64,000 nucleotides of DNA, taken from NCBI RefSeq assembly GCF_964355755.1, contig NC_092677.1:8640101-8704100 (forward strand), given 5' to 3'. Positions 24,363 to 38,708 of the stretch are shown in pieces. Positions within the stretch are counted from its first letter, which is position 1. Each line of letters begins with the position of its first letter. Source of the stretch: Antedon mediterranea. Taxonomy: Eukaryota > Animalia > Echinodermata. The position numbers and the translations under genes are program-made. The notes beneath the pieces are model-generated. The model was given only the letters and a program-made list of their open reading frames with translations, ran no database searches and was not told the origin of the DNA.

Positions 24363-27300
24363 TTTAACACATTTTATTTAAACATACAGTCAATAAAATA
24401 GGTACCTAATTTATTAAATGCTTTGAATCGTTGCGTATTCCCTCGACGATGGTTGTACATTATATCATTAATTAGTAAGCTATTAAAATAGTTTGTGATA
24501 ATAACAAAAATGTAAAATTTTCAGTTGCGTTCGACCGATCGAGGAAAGAATGTAGCAACAAATGTTATTAAAATAAGTAATAAAATTATATAAAAAGTTT
24601 GGCAAAAAAGTGATTGTATTACCATAAGAGAGTCCCTCTTTACAGTAAATTAAATAACACATTGGTATTACAAGTTAAATAGAAAATCGATATGTCATTT
24701 ACTGTATAATGTTTCTGAAAAGCAATTTATCGTTTCTTAACGTTTATCACGTTCTACTGCAGAGCAGGGTAACGTTAGCCACTAGCTAAAACAACAATAC
24801 AGTTCTTGGCCTATGGCGACATACCGGTGTTTATTATGGTTAGTAGTGCGTGTAGATTGATCAAATACGGTAACTACATAAGTAACATAATGTGTAACGA
24901 TAAATATCTTCGGTGACAATTCCTTCCTTCTTCTTGCGATTAATGGAGTCTCTCTCTTCTTTAAAGAGATAATTTAGAAATAAACGGTAATCTTTCAAAG
25001 AACAATCCGACACCGACATGTGAAAAGAATTATCGGCATAAGACTCACCCAATTGGGACGCACTGATAAGACCAAGCCGCAGTTTATGCTGAGCGTGAGT
25101 GGAATGACTTTTTGACTCGACAGTTGTGTAAAAGAGAGGGGGAGAGAGAGAGCGCGCTATGCACTCTTCTCTTTTGATAAAACGTAATTTCAAAATCTAA
25201 TATTTCAAAGGTTAAAAGATTCGAATATCTTCAAATGATACGCCTTGCGTTGCTTTGGCAAAAGTCACTGTACTTAACCGATGGTAATAACCACTTGGTA
25301 AATACTTAATTCCAACTTATCAGCGGCTTTTCTCTCTCCTGAGATATCTTGACGACGATTATGTGCCGCGATTATAATATTATGTTTACTTTCCTTGCAT
25401 AATTATCCATTGACTTGCAATGGAAAAACTATAAATTAAATAATTTAAATACCAACAAGTCATACACTTATTTGTGACGTCGGATTTGGCCGTAAATTTT
25501 CATAAGATTCGTGTCCAATATCACATTTTCTAAATACTTATTTTTTTGTCATTATATTTAATACGAACCATGGATGTAGAAATAAGATACGTTCTATGTT
25601 TCCTGTATATATTCTTTAAAAAAAAAACGGCTTTTGAACAACTTTTAGATTTAGGCTTACTTTTCTTTATTTTAACTTTAATCACAATCTTCAGTATAAT
25701 TTTGTGCTAAAAATACAATGTATTTTAAAATCTGATCTAAAGACATTTTAAAATGGAGTTAAAAAACATTATTATTACCTTAAATATTTGTTAAAAACAG
25801 ATATATTTATTGTAATTGTTCGACTTTTTGAACTGGAAAATAAATTCTTATCTATAGAATGAGGTTTTTTTTGTGAAGAAAATCCATAGCATAACCTTCC
25901 TTAATTATTAATTTTACGGATTATTCCAAATTCTGTTTTTAACAACGTCGTTTTACATTGGTGTTAAGTTGCATTAAACCTACAGAGAAACCATAAACAT
26001 ATGCTTGTATCAATTATATCTAGAAAAAATTAATTTCATTTAAAAAATGGAAAATGTTTTAAAATCCATGTAACGTAATGTTATAATCTCTATACGTCGA
26101 AACGCTTTCTGACGACATATTATTACATACAGTTGACCAATGAGACATACATCAAATTCATTTCTGGTTTCTGATTGGCTAAAACACACCGTGTATGCTG
26201 ATACATTCATGAAGTGTTTGGTACTTAATCTGCTGTGGCACAGCGACTGTTTTTAGTTCAGAGCTCCTTGAACGATTCAACTACATTGGACGGGAATATA
26301 AAGAGGTAAGTAGCATCATGGCAATGTGCTTGGGCGCGTGTAACGACGACGCGCAGTAAATTACGAACAACGGGAATTTGTTTAAATAAGCAAAGCCTCA
26401 GTCAAACAAACTTCCCTAGTCGAAAAGCACGCAGTAGACTGAGTACTTACTTTGGTTGCGCATGCTTAGGGTAATATCAATAAACAACACGAATATCTTT
26501 AACTACTAAATTAAGTAAGATGCTACTATTTGCCTTTAGTAATAGCATAGGCCTAAATACCATTTAAAAACGCGCTGTATTTTATAAAATACTTAGTTTG
26601 ATTATTAAAGACAATTATATTGTCCTGAACAAAAATATATAAATTTGTTATGTTTCGTTGAAGATGCCATATTAATGTCACATAATACTTATTCACTTTG
26701 ACCAAAAATTGGTTCGAAAAAAATATATATATAATTTAAAGCAACACAAATGACTCAAAATCTATAGACGGTTGAATTTCACCGTTTATTATAAAAAATA
26801 AATGAAAAACATGAAATTGTTTTTATAGGAAAGTGATAAGGTACCGTAACATTATTAAAACTGCGAAATTGCATATTCAAAGTCTTTTTTTGTTCATCTT
26901 CATTTTGCATGTATTTGTTGGGCATTAGGAATATATCTTTAAATATCGTTTTATCTAATTTTTTCTTTTAAGAAGTTCGGATACATGTGTAACAGCGCAT
27001 GAGTAAATTCTTCAATTCTATAGACCATATTTGGGTTGGTTTTTTAGGTAATTTGTGTTTGTGTATATATTATATATATTTTATTTATCTGGGCCACAAA
27101 AGATGACTTCTAATTGGAGGGGATATTTAATTATGCATCATTCAATATGATCTATAACGTTTTAAAGTGATTCACTCCCCCATCTCTTGAGGTTTATTAA
27201 CTCTTTTTTTCATTTGAACCAATATACAGTATACCTCTCAATTACATTAATTGGTATAATACTCTAGACAGTTTAAGACATTATTATATTACATGTATTT

Positions 27301-27490
27301 TCTTTTTAAAAAAAACATGAACAATAAAGATTAATACAGTTATATTGTAGTAAAGTTAATCGCATTCGTTAAAAAAAACCCGTAAAAATAATGTTTCACT
27401 TACAAAATGACCAAAAAAAAAATTGGTAAATTCAACCAAAAACCCTTGGCTGGCAGACAACTTTCGTTAAAAAAAACCGTAAAAATAATG

Positions 27491-28255
27491 TTTTTAGTCG
27501 CGTGGACGCGACTCTCTAGTTCACTATGTCGGTCTGTCGGTCGGTCTGTCGGTCTGTCGGTTTGTCGGTCGGTCTGTCGGTCTGTCGGTCTGTCGGTTTG
27601 TCGGTCTGTCTGTCGGTCCGGTATCACTATGCGTTTTATCGCTTTCTGACCTTATCTTGATATCAGTTTAATCTAGCTAAGTCAATTTTTCACAGTATAT
27701 TCCTTATGGCCAGGAATCTATGTGGTTATGTTTTCACGGTGCGGAATAAAAAATTACGCGGTCTACGCACGATTTAACGAAATCACGTTTGTAATCATAT
27801 CTTCAAAACAATGAATCACAATTAAATAAAATTTGGTATTCTTAAATTTCAGGGCATAAATCATCATATGGCAATACAATTACGTGCGTAGCGCATGTAA
27901 CGCATGCGTACGCGCGCTTAAAATTTTCAAAATTTATTTTCGATGAAATAAAAGTACGTTTCAGGCAATTTTAAGCGTTTACAAAATTGCCATGAGTGCG
28001 CAGATTTTTGCGTTAAATGTTATTGCGCACTCTATTTGCCCGATTTCTGTTTTCTTGACTTACTTTTCAACTCGAAATTACGTTATACGAGCACGTCAAA
28101 AGTGACAGGCTACGCACGTGTAAATTAAAAAAATATAAATGTTTTTAAACATTTAAACATTTTTAAACATGTTCAGTAATTTCGGTCAGTTGGTAGGTTG
28201 GTCGGTCGGTAAACACTAATGAGCACGCGACTGCAGCCATCTATATGGCCTTGTT
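27491..28255 (+). mobile_element. Full-length non-autonomous Helentron (HINE/DINE-1-like)
   Basis: 5' T-run, subterminal IRs agtcgcgtg (27496-27504) / cacgcgact (28224-28232), (GTCK)n microsatellite 27528-27620, 3' hairpin gccatctatatggc then ttgtt. Inserted in a T-run without TSD. Confidence 0.85.
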
Positions 28256-29164
28256 ACTTACAAAATGACAAAATAAATTGTTAAATTCAACCAAAACCTT
28301 TGGCTGGCAGCCAATTTGACTATTTTTCGATCTAATTATGTTAAAATTACAAAATCAACAAACAATTTTTAAGAATTATTTTTTCAGGGGGACAATACAT
28401 AGTATAATCATACTAACTGGTAATACTTGTTATGACGTATTAAAGAGAGATGCTCTCTTTATACGAAACTTTACTAAATCGGTCTGCCTTCCAATCTGGT
28501 GCCATTTAGGCGGACATGATATCAATAAGAAATAAAACATTTTTATTGTAACTGTAAAAGTCATATACTAACTTCTGTGATATTTGTCTTGTATTCTTCA
28601 AATCAATCTGGACATTTTGTTTGGCATATACTCATCTTGTCAACAAATCTGAGATATTAGTATCAAGGTCTGGATTATAAATGATAATTGAAAAGACATT
28701 TTAAGCTTTTGAAATAATATTTTTAGTACATTCCTGATAGTTGTTAGTCTTACCTTGAGTTTTAATAACTCGGACGATGTAAATAAGTTTGTGTTTAGAC
28801 CTGTATTTGACAATTATAGCATAAAGATATGTAAATTAAAGCACTTGTATATTTCATATTTTGAATAATATGGATTTAAATATAAATGTCATCTTCTTCG
28901 ACCAATATATATCTGACATTTGTCTTTCTATTTATAATATGAACAAATATTTTATGTTCGATAGATAAAATGGCTTATGAAAACCACATTGATGATTTAT
29001 TTTTGGCATCGTAATGTAAGAAGTAATGTAAAATTACTCTACTGCAGTTACTGCATAAATTACATTTTACAGCAATTCCACATAGTTGTATTTTCGTTAC
29101 AAAGTATATGAGGCAGATACTACACTATACCGTCTTTATGATTTCCTTTAAAGGTTGCTAAATA

Positions 29165-30925
29165 CCGTAAATCTTCTAATTGTAACCCTGGGTTATTATT
29201 CTTTGATTGCTTTTTAGGATGGGTTACTATTAGAAGGAGGGTTACTATTTGGATCAACCGGCTCAGCTACAGTGATTAAGTTCGATTAGGTTGACACACT
29301 GGTCTCCCCAATTTCATTTTGTTTTTGTTATGTATATACTGAAATAGACCGAATAAATAATGAAATAATGAAATAGCGTAGTGGGTTACTATTATTAATC
29401 TTAAATTAGGCACCTGAAAATAGAAACCCACCCCAACTTTTCCGGTCAGCAACTCATAGCAAAATAATAAAACAGTACGAATTAACAAATTTGGTTGAAC
29501 TCTAACTTTATTTTATAAACTCAAAAACACTCAATCCTTCTCCCCCCCCCCCCCCCACTCCCGAGATCAACATACATTATCTCCTTACTTTCAAAATACC
29601 GCTGCATCATAAGTTGTTGTGACTCTAATAGTAACCCCCATGGGTTACAATTAGAGTAGTGGGTTATTATTATAGATTGACCTATAAGGTTGATTACTAT
29701 TAGAAGGGGGTTTCTATTAGAGTAGTGGGTTGTTATTATAGATTGACTTATAAGGTGGATTACTATTAGAAGTGGGTATTAGAGTAGTGGGTTATTATTA
29801 TAGATTGACTTATAAGGTGGGTTACTATTAGAAGTGGGTATTAGAGTAGTGGGTTACTATTATAGATTGACTTATAAGGTGGGTTACTATTAGAAGTGGG
29901 TATTAGAGTGTGGGTTATTATTATAGATTGACTTATAAGGTGGGTTACTATTAGAAGGGGGTATTAGAGTGTGGGTTATTATTATAGATTGACTTATAAG
30001 GTGGGTTACTATTAGAAGGGGGTATTAGAGTGTGGGTTACTATTATAGATTGACTTATAAGGTGGGTTACTATTAGAAGTGGGTATTAGAGTAGTGGGTT
30101 ATTATTATAGATTGACTTATAAGGTGGGTTACTATTAGAAGTGGGTATTAGAGTAGTGGGTTATTATTATAGATTGACTTATAAGGTGGGTTACTATTAG
30201 AAGGGGGTTACTATTAGAGTAGTGGGTTATTATTATAGATTGACTTATAAGGTGGGTTACTATTAGAAGGGGGTTACTATTAGAGTAGTGGGTTATTATT
30301 ATAGATTGACTTATAAGGTGGGTTACTATTAGAAGTGGGTATTAGAGTAGTGGGTTATTATTATAGATTGACTTATAAGGTGGGTTACTATTAGAAGTGG
30401 GTATTAGAGTAGTGGGTTATTATTATAGATTGACTTATAAGGTGGGTTACTATTAGAAGGGGGTTACTATTAGAGTAGTGGGTTATTATTATAGATTGAC
30501 TTATAAGGTGGGTTACTATTAGAGTAGTGGGTTACTTTAGAGTAGTGGGTTATTATTATAGACGGACTTATAAGGGGGTTACTATTAGAGTGTGGGTTAC
30601 TATTAGAGTAGTGGGTTACTATTAGAGTAGTGGGTTACTATTAGAGTAGTGGGTTATTATTATAGACGGACTTATAAGGGGGTTACTATTAGAGTGTGGG
30701 TTACTATTAGAGTAGTGGGTTACTATTAGAAGGGGGTTACTATTAGAGTAGTGGGTTATTATTATAGACGGACTTATAAGGGGGTTACTATTAGAGTGTG
30801 GGTTACTATTAGAGTGTGGGTTACTATTAGAGTAGTGGGTTACTATTAGAGTAGTGGGTTATTATTATAGACGGACTTATAAGGGGTTACTATTAGAGTG
30901 TGGGTTACTATTAGAAGATTTACGG
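29165..30925. mobile_element. Tc1/mariner-pogo-type MITE with internal minisatellite expansion
   Basis: TA|ccgtaaatcttctaattgtaaccc ... gggttactattagaagatttacgg|TA; TA TSDs at 29163-29164 and 30926-30927. Confidence 0.8.
29640..30915. repeat. ~60-bp minisatellite of gggttactattaga sub-units
   Basis: gggttactattagaagtgggtattagagtagtgggttattattatagattgacttataaggt repeated ~15 times, then shorter variants. Confidence 0.95.
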
Positions 30926-32957
30926 TAATTGCATAAACAGGTTTAAAGAGTATAATGCAATTACTGCAATACCTGCAGTGGAATAATTTTGTAATGGTTA
31001 CATCTACAGAAAACAAAGCTAAATAAATGTGATCTTGAGTTTAACCCGGGTACAACCAATAGCAAGTGCGCAGCGGCCTTATAAATGCTGGGACTGGTGA
31101 CAATGTGCAAGCAAACTTTAACATTCCATGAGTGATCGATTATTGTAAATATGTCTTCATCAATATGTATTCACCATCATGTGAAATATAATTGAAACAA
31201 CATTCAATGCATTCAACCATGACGCGTAAATCATTCTCAATAGCCCCTATAAAAGTAGGTCTGTATTTTTAATTATATTAAAATAACATGCTTTGAAAAT
31301 CATGGTTCATTTGTGATATAACGTTTAACCATGTACTTCAGTCCCTAACGTCGAGACCTCTCGTAAAAGGCGACCTTTTGAAAGAGAACACTTGTATTTT
31401 AAAACCCAGTGTAGTTGTTTTAAAATAATGAATACTATAAAAGCTTATGTGATGAAATTATAAATGTCGTGTTATATATCATTTGTTATAATGACAGATA
31501 TTTCAAAATCAGGTGATATTAACAGAGGTCAAAATAGAGCAAAGTCGTAAAGTCATTCAGTTAAACTCGTAAAGTTGCGTGTAAAAGCACTTATTCCAAC
31601 AGTTTTTATGATCAAATTCAAAATAACATGATATTTACTTAAATATAACTTAAACGATCTATTGGGAACATTAGGCTTGCGGTACAGTTTTTCAGACTAA
31701 CAAATAATTATGATATTAATATGAATTTGCTGTCATGCAAGGAAGCGATTTCGAAGTATTAATGTTCTGGAGTTAAAAAAATATGCAAAAGTTAATAAAA
31801 ATGTTTAAAGTCAGTTTCCATCTGTACAGTTTAGAAACACAATTCAGATTGACAAGAATATATAAGTTACGGAAGATTGAGGCGACTTTAGTTGCTGTGT
31901 TCTATAGTAGACGATGATTCGGCTTAACATTGGTAGTAAGATAAACATTTTGGAACAAAAAATTCGGTAAATCGCGCCTTACTTTTAGACTTTTTACTCA
32001 ATGGTATATAAAGTTGGTTCGTACTTTCGGTACTGATTTTAACCACCTGATGTAACCCTGTTTACTAATTAAATTAAGTTAGATAATTAGTTATTGACGA
32101 TTAAAACGAATTTAGGTTCAACGATTTGCCCCAAATAGGGGTGTTTTCCGATCGTGGTATACACTGTCTAATGGATGTCAATCTTAAAAAATACCCGGCA
32201 CAAAAATTCGAGGAGGCTTCGCATTTTCCTATCTCCTCCTACGATAATTGTTTTTAATAGCTGAAAACCGCTTGAACATCTCGAGTACAGTATCATGATG
32301 TTGAAGACAGGCCGATTTTCTTAAAAAAATACTATTTTGATAGATTTAATATACGTGTATACAAATGTATTGATTTGCGATGAATGAAACATTCCAATCT
32401 CTGTGTCGTTCCATAAGTGTCTATTCCCTCAGGCGTCGTAAAGGAAAGTACTGTATACTCATAACAGAAATTCGATCCATTTTTTTTCAATATGTGCTGC
32501 AGAGGTTGGATATAATTTTTTTTAAACGGATAATGAGCTGGTGCTAGCGTTTTCAGTCGCCGTATATTATGTTCAAATCTTTATTATTGCAGTTAAACCA
32601 CCCATATCATCACCCTTCCCTCACTGGCATGAGTAGCGTTGTAAAGCCATAGTAGAGCCTGATAGGCCTACGGTGCATCATATGCCCTAAACGCAAAACA
32701 ACTTTGGTGGGTAGGGTAGGAACCAACTTAAGTATGAATTGGCTCTAAGAAACAATTGAAAACCAACAATTGGTCTCATTTTGTGACAAGTTTCTCTTTC
32801 GGAAGTAATTCCCAGGGTGCTAATTTTAGTTGAGTACATAAATTAGTGTCTATTTATTCGTTTCTGTAAACGACATGTATTATTGTACGTACATTTGAAA
32901 TTGTCAGTTTTTTAACGCTGAAATTATTATGTATTCGAGAACCATCTGTGGGCACGA

Positions 32958-32997
32958 CCTAGATGGTACGCGAGCGAAGCGAGCGTACCATCTAGTA
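32958..32997 (+). mobile_element. Helitron-like 3' terminus (hairpin + CTAG|T)
   Basis: ctagatggtacgc-gagcgaagcga-gcgtaccatctag-t; 13-bp perfect stem ending CTAG followed by T. Confidence 0.5.
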
Positions 32998-35900
32998 CTT
33001 ATAACAAAACAAATAAACAATTTGAACAGACGAAAACTAAAGACTTTGGGCAAGTTTGCACGATGCAGCAGTGGCGTAACGCAAAGGCCTAAGACCCTTG
33101 TTTAGAGACCTTAAGTGGCTCTCCAAAACCTGGAGGCATGTTGCATTTGTAGCCTTTGTTGGCATTATTTAATTATAGTGTCTGTTTTTTCCCTCTGACC
33201 CTCATGTTAACGTTGGAGATATAAACAAAGAAAGAAGGCGAAGACAATAAATGTGGAGAGATGCCATCATAATAGGAAACTGCATAATAGCTTCAGCGAG
33301 AAGGTAATGTTTTACATTCAGAAGTGGATGACATAACATGGTGATGATGTAATTACATTACATATATACTTCTTTTATCTTCTTCTGATCGCTTCTTTCT
33401 GCAACGATTTTATGCCATAAATATCACCTGGAGTACACTTTACTTGATTAAATGAATTTTTTCTTGCACATGATAGTAATGTATTCGTAGTATACGAGTA
33501 GAGTGAAATCGCTTCTGACAATTTAAGCCACATTGTACAAATTAACTACTTACAGCAGTGGCTACATTATCTCTATTTTGTCTTAGATCTTGTTTTTTTT
33601 CGGTGCGAAGCCCTCTTTATAGAAATGGAATTATGAAACAAAAACATAAATAAACTTCTAAAAAATACACAACATGCAAAAAGAACAAGCAACACAATAT
33701 TCTGATATTTTTATTTTTGATCTCGTTAAGAAAAACACTGCTGACATATTTTAAGCCTCAAGTGTACATCACGTTTAGACCATTTAAATGAAGTAGAAGA
33801 TGATTATCATTTTTTATTATTATTATTTGCTCCCATTATCATGTAATTGTAAATTATACAACTGTATGTATATAATTGTAAGTTATTAATTATTGAAATT
33901 CCTAACACTAAAATTCTGCCTTATAGAATATAAAAAAACCCATTTTGTTTAGAGTATATTAAAATGTATTGTTTGTGAATTGTACTTTTTGCAACCGTAC
34001 ATGTTAGTCGAATTCAGATTAACTTGTACTAGAGGCATGGAATGTTTGTGAATATCGTCTCCATATCATATGGCATTGGAAACATGAAATTCTTTATGTA
34101 AATGCGTTATGGATCGTCTTTGTATATTACAAACATTCAAGACATTTCTAAATACAAAACTATAAGATTTTGAAGAAATAAGATCCACAATGTTTATTAC
34201 GGTATTTTTACTTGGTGAAGCTCATTGTGTTAGTTATTAATAGCTTAAACTTCCAAGTCGTGCCGCTTTCATTCGTTTAGTTTTATGTCAGTAAACGATT
34301 ACTACCAGGTCAAGTTTAAATGTTTAAGTAGTTCAAGTTCATTAACTCATGCTTTACACATTGTGAATTAAGTTATTCTGATTACTGAAACAAGTTAATA
34401 TCACCGTAAGTAGGTTCCATTGTACATTAGATGTTAAAGCTTGATTATCACTATGACGTAAGGACGTTACATAGCTAACGCTTGGTTCCCATTAGGACGT
34501 GCGCAAAACGCATGAAAACAGACCAATCCAGGCTGGTCGATCTCAGTAAGCACTTCTTTCATAAACATGTGGTATTTATTATTACTGAATTTATTATCGA
34601 TATCCGGTCTGCGTACGAATTTTCCAAACCACGTAACATTTTGGAGAATCTTTTCTACACAACGTAAGAAGGATAAAGTGATTTCGTTTTATTACATAAG
34701 TACGTAACTCGTGATCATTATTTTACATCGACACCTAACGTGTATAAAGTACATGTATCTACAAAAACAGCACATTTATCACTAATTAAACCAAGCATAC
34801 ATTTTGCTGCAAATGCTGCAGCTGTTTGGCTGACTATTTCGTCAATTAATGCAATGGTGATGTTTCGCAAATACCGTGTCAGCTAGCCAATGATCGGCGT
34901 GAAGTCAACTACCATCACGTCCCCAAATTGATTAATGCCGTGTGTAAGAAGCAATGCTCCAATGAATTACGTGAAAATGTGCTCGTCTCAGTTTTTTACA
35001 TTAAAAAATATATTTAATCGACAGAAAATTCCGATAATGTTTGTCGATAATAGTATAACCGTGACTTAGACATTAGTAGTCCGATATCGACAAAATGATA
35101 AAACCAGGCACTTAAGGCATAAGTAAATAGTTTTCGTTTTTGTAGTTTCCAAACTTGGCGGTTACTCAGATAATCTAGCCGCTTTGCAAGCATAATTTCA
35201 ACAATGATTTCCATATTTTTATTTTTTCTAGCTTAGTGCTTATTTGGAAAATGTTTATACGTCTAAATTTTCTGCCCACTCAGTTAAGACCCTAATTGCC
35301 CGATTTAAGTTTATAATTGTTGTTGTGTTGTTAAGTATACGTCATATGTGCGTAGGGGATCGGTAATAATAGACTTAAAGGGCTCCGGTCTATAAATCCA
35401 CCCATCCCACGTACCCCGTCCTTTTTAAAACAGCATTTTATTTTGATCTTTTCTTGATATTTCACTAATAATTTTGAGATATAGATCCAGCCTAAATACT
35501 TTTCTGCTGGCTAGGTAGTATTGGCCAAAATAATTTTATTAGGGCCTATTACTGCTGGTAGGGTCTCTAATGTGGATGGCACTTCAGGAAAAGGTGGTTC
35601 TTCCGAACCCCTCAAACCCCATTCTACAGGGTAGTAATTCTTCAGCTAAATACCATAGCTAAATATGTCATCCGTTCTTCTTCAACACCAAACACATCCA
35701 ACAACAGAGGAATACGATATACATTCAATAATTCACAATTATGTTTTATACTTTGCAGCTGTCTGACTTTATGTTTCATGTGACATCGTTGTATTAAATG
35801 ACGCCTTTACTAGAATGATGTTATACCGTCAAATACCATAACACTATTATCAATGTAAGGAATTGACAGCGCCTATTTGTATAGCGATTTGCAGGAGGGG

Positions 35901-36461
35901 TGGGGATTTGTGATAAATTAATATATTCATTCTCATCCGCTCATCATGTGGGTATGCCTCAAGGTTGCACCGATCGATGTGGCAACACCGCTTGTGCAGC
36001 CTGGGTAAGGGTCCGTGAAGATTTTACAACATGTTGTGTTTTAAACGTTCTACTAAGAATAACAATATTTCCGCAAGGACAGATTCTATACTTACAAAAC
36101 AATGTAAAAATCATTAAAAACAAGATTATCACATAATCATAAATGTCAGCGGTTAAAAATAATATTGTCTTTATGTTTTTTGGTTATACATTACACTTAT
36201 TTGCCATTTGATATTATTATTTTTACTTTTATTATCGCCTATACGATGATTCCTTTGTTTTGACATTTTGTATTTATTTTTACATGTTTGTTTGTTAGTC
36301 AATGTGTTAGAATTCTATAAATAAATATCTACTGATCGTGTCTCTGATCCCCATGAGAGTAGAACTTATATTACCGACACGTATGTATTTTCGAATTAAT
36401 TTTTTTTATATATTAAACTTTATCACTGCACATAACACAAAGGTAGCGAAAAGAAAGGGAT

Positions 36462-37883
36462 GAACAGGTGACAAGCACCTCTATCCACATCCCTCCTTAA
36501 AATACACATAACAGGTGACAAGCACCTCTATCCACATCCCTCCTTAAAATACACATAACAGGTGACAAGCACCTCTATCCACATCCCTCCTTAAAATACA
36601 CATAACAGGTGACAAGCACCTCTAACCACATCCCTCCTTAAAATACACATAACAGGTGACAAGCACCTCTATCCACATCCCTCCTTAAAATACACATAAC
36701 AGGTGACAAGCACCTCTATCCACATCCCTCCTTAAAATACACATAACAGGTGACAAGCACCTCTATCCACATCCCTCCTTAAAATACACATAACAGGTGA
36801 CAAGCACCTCTATCCACATCCCTCCTTAAAAAAAACATAACAGGTGACAAGCACCTCTATCCACATCCCTCCTTAAAATACACATAACAGGTGAAAAGCA
36901 CCTATATCCACATCCCCCCTTAACATAATTATACATAACAGGTGACAGGCACCTCTATCCACATCCCTCCTTAAAATACACATAACAGGTGACAAGCACC
37001 TCTATCCACATCCCTCCTTAAAATACACATAACAGGTGAAAAGCACCTCTATCCACATCCCCCCTTAACATATACATAACAGGTGACAAGCACCTCTATC
37101 CACATCCCTCCTTAAAATACACATAACAGGTGAAAAGCACCTCTAACCACATCCCCCCTTAACATATACATAACAGGTGAAAAGCACCTCTATCCACATC
37201 CCTCCTTAAAATACACATAACAGGTGACAGGCACCTCTATCCACATCCCTCCTTAAAATACACATAACAGGTGACAAGCACCTCTATCCACATCCCTCCT
37301 TAAAATACACATAACAGGTGACAAGCACCTCTATCCACATCCCTCCTTAAAATACACATAACAGGTGAAAAGCACCTCTATCCACATCCCTCCTTAAAAT
37401 ACACATAACAGGTGACAGGCACCTCTATCCACATCCCTCCTTAAAATACACATAACAGCAGGTGACAAGCACCTCTATCCACATCCCTCCTTAAAATACA
37501 CATAACAGGTGACAAGCACCTCTATCCACATCCCTCCTTAAAATACACATAACAGGTGAAAAGCACCTCTATCCACATCCCTCCTTAAAATACACATAAC
37601 AGCAGGTGACAAGCACCTCTATCCACATCCCTCCTTAAAATACACATAACAGGTGACAAGCACCTCTATCCACATCCCTCCTTAAAATACACATAACAGG
37701 TGACAGGCACCTCTATCCACATCCCTCCTTAAAATACACATAACAGGTGACAGGCACCTCTATCCACATCCCTCCTTAAAATACACATAACAGGTGACAA
37801 GCACCTCTATCCACATCCCCCTTAAAATACATATAACAGGTGACAGGCACCTCTATCCACATCCCTCCTTAAAATACACATAA
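36462..37883. repeat. 47-bp minisatellite, ~30 near-identical copies
   Basis: Unit aacaggtgacaagcacctctatccacatccctccttaaaatacacat (period 36511 to 36558). Confidence 0.97.
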
Positions 37884-38708
37884 CTTTAACAAATATAACA
37901 TATAAATGTACAATTAATGAAATAGAAGAAGCAACCAACACTTTTGATGAAGGTCTAATTTTAATGCAAGTAATGTACTGGTCTGTATCATACAATTGAT
38001 ATGTATTGTTCTTATTTATACTGTAGGTAATGACGTCGTTGAAATACAGTAAAGCCCCAGTAAATAGGATGCCTTTGATATAATTATACAAGTTACACTT
38101 TGTGAAAATGTACCCCGATGGGGTAGTGTTAAAAGATATATTTCCCTTCGTTCGTTCAGCAGAAAAGTATCCTCTGAATAAAGATATCCCAAAGCTGGGT
38201 TTCTACTGTTTACTTATATTATTAATACCATTGAAAAACTCTTTCAGACGGTAATGATCTAGAATGTTTTTCGTGTTTATGTTATTTTATACAGTTTCAA
38301 TCTTCATGTCCTGTAACATTATCATTAATACGCTGCCCTTAATTAATTTATTAGCCCAGCCTGTTATCTATTGCATCAATTATTAATGACAATATTATTT
38401 CATCTACAGTTGCCTGACAACTAGAGTGTTTGCGATCAAATAAGACGTTTACCTATCAAATAATATACGCGTAAGTAGCATCCTAATGTATTACTGTCTT
38501 GTCTCTGTATTGTTGCAGAGTATGTGGTAGCGGTAAAGATTATTACATGGCTATACTTCTCGTTATCTCATTATACTCATATCAAGTAATGATGATATGA
38601 TACGATAGAATTGTTATTTTGATACATTGTTTATTGATTGAATGGGAATAATAATAATATTTGTTATGCAATAGAAAACGGTTTATAACAAAATGCTTAA
38701 TGCTTTAA

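Noticed and set aside
27400-27649. TDRQ/SVCR repeat ORFs
   Set aside because: Translations of the HINE microsatellite
29640-30915. Telomere-like GGGTTA repeats
   Set aside because: GGGTTA is embedded in longer units derived from a MITE TIR, not (TTAGGG)n
36462-37883. CRISPR-like regular array
   Set aside because: Units are contiguous with no unique spacers, there are no cas genes, and the context is eukaryotic
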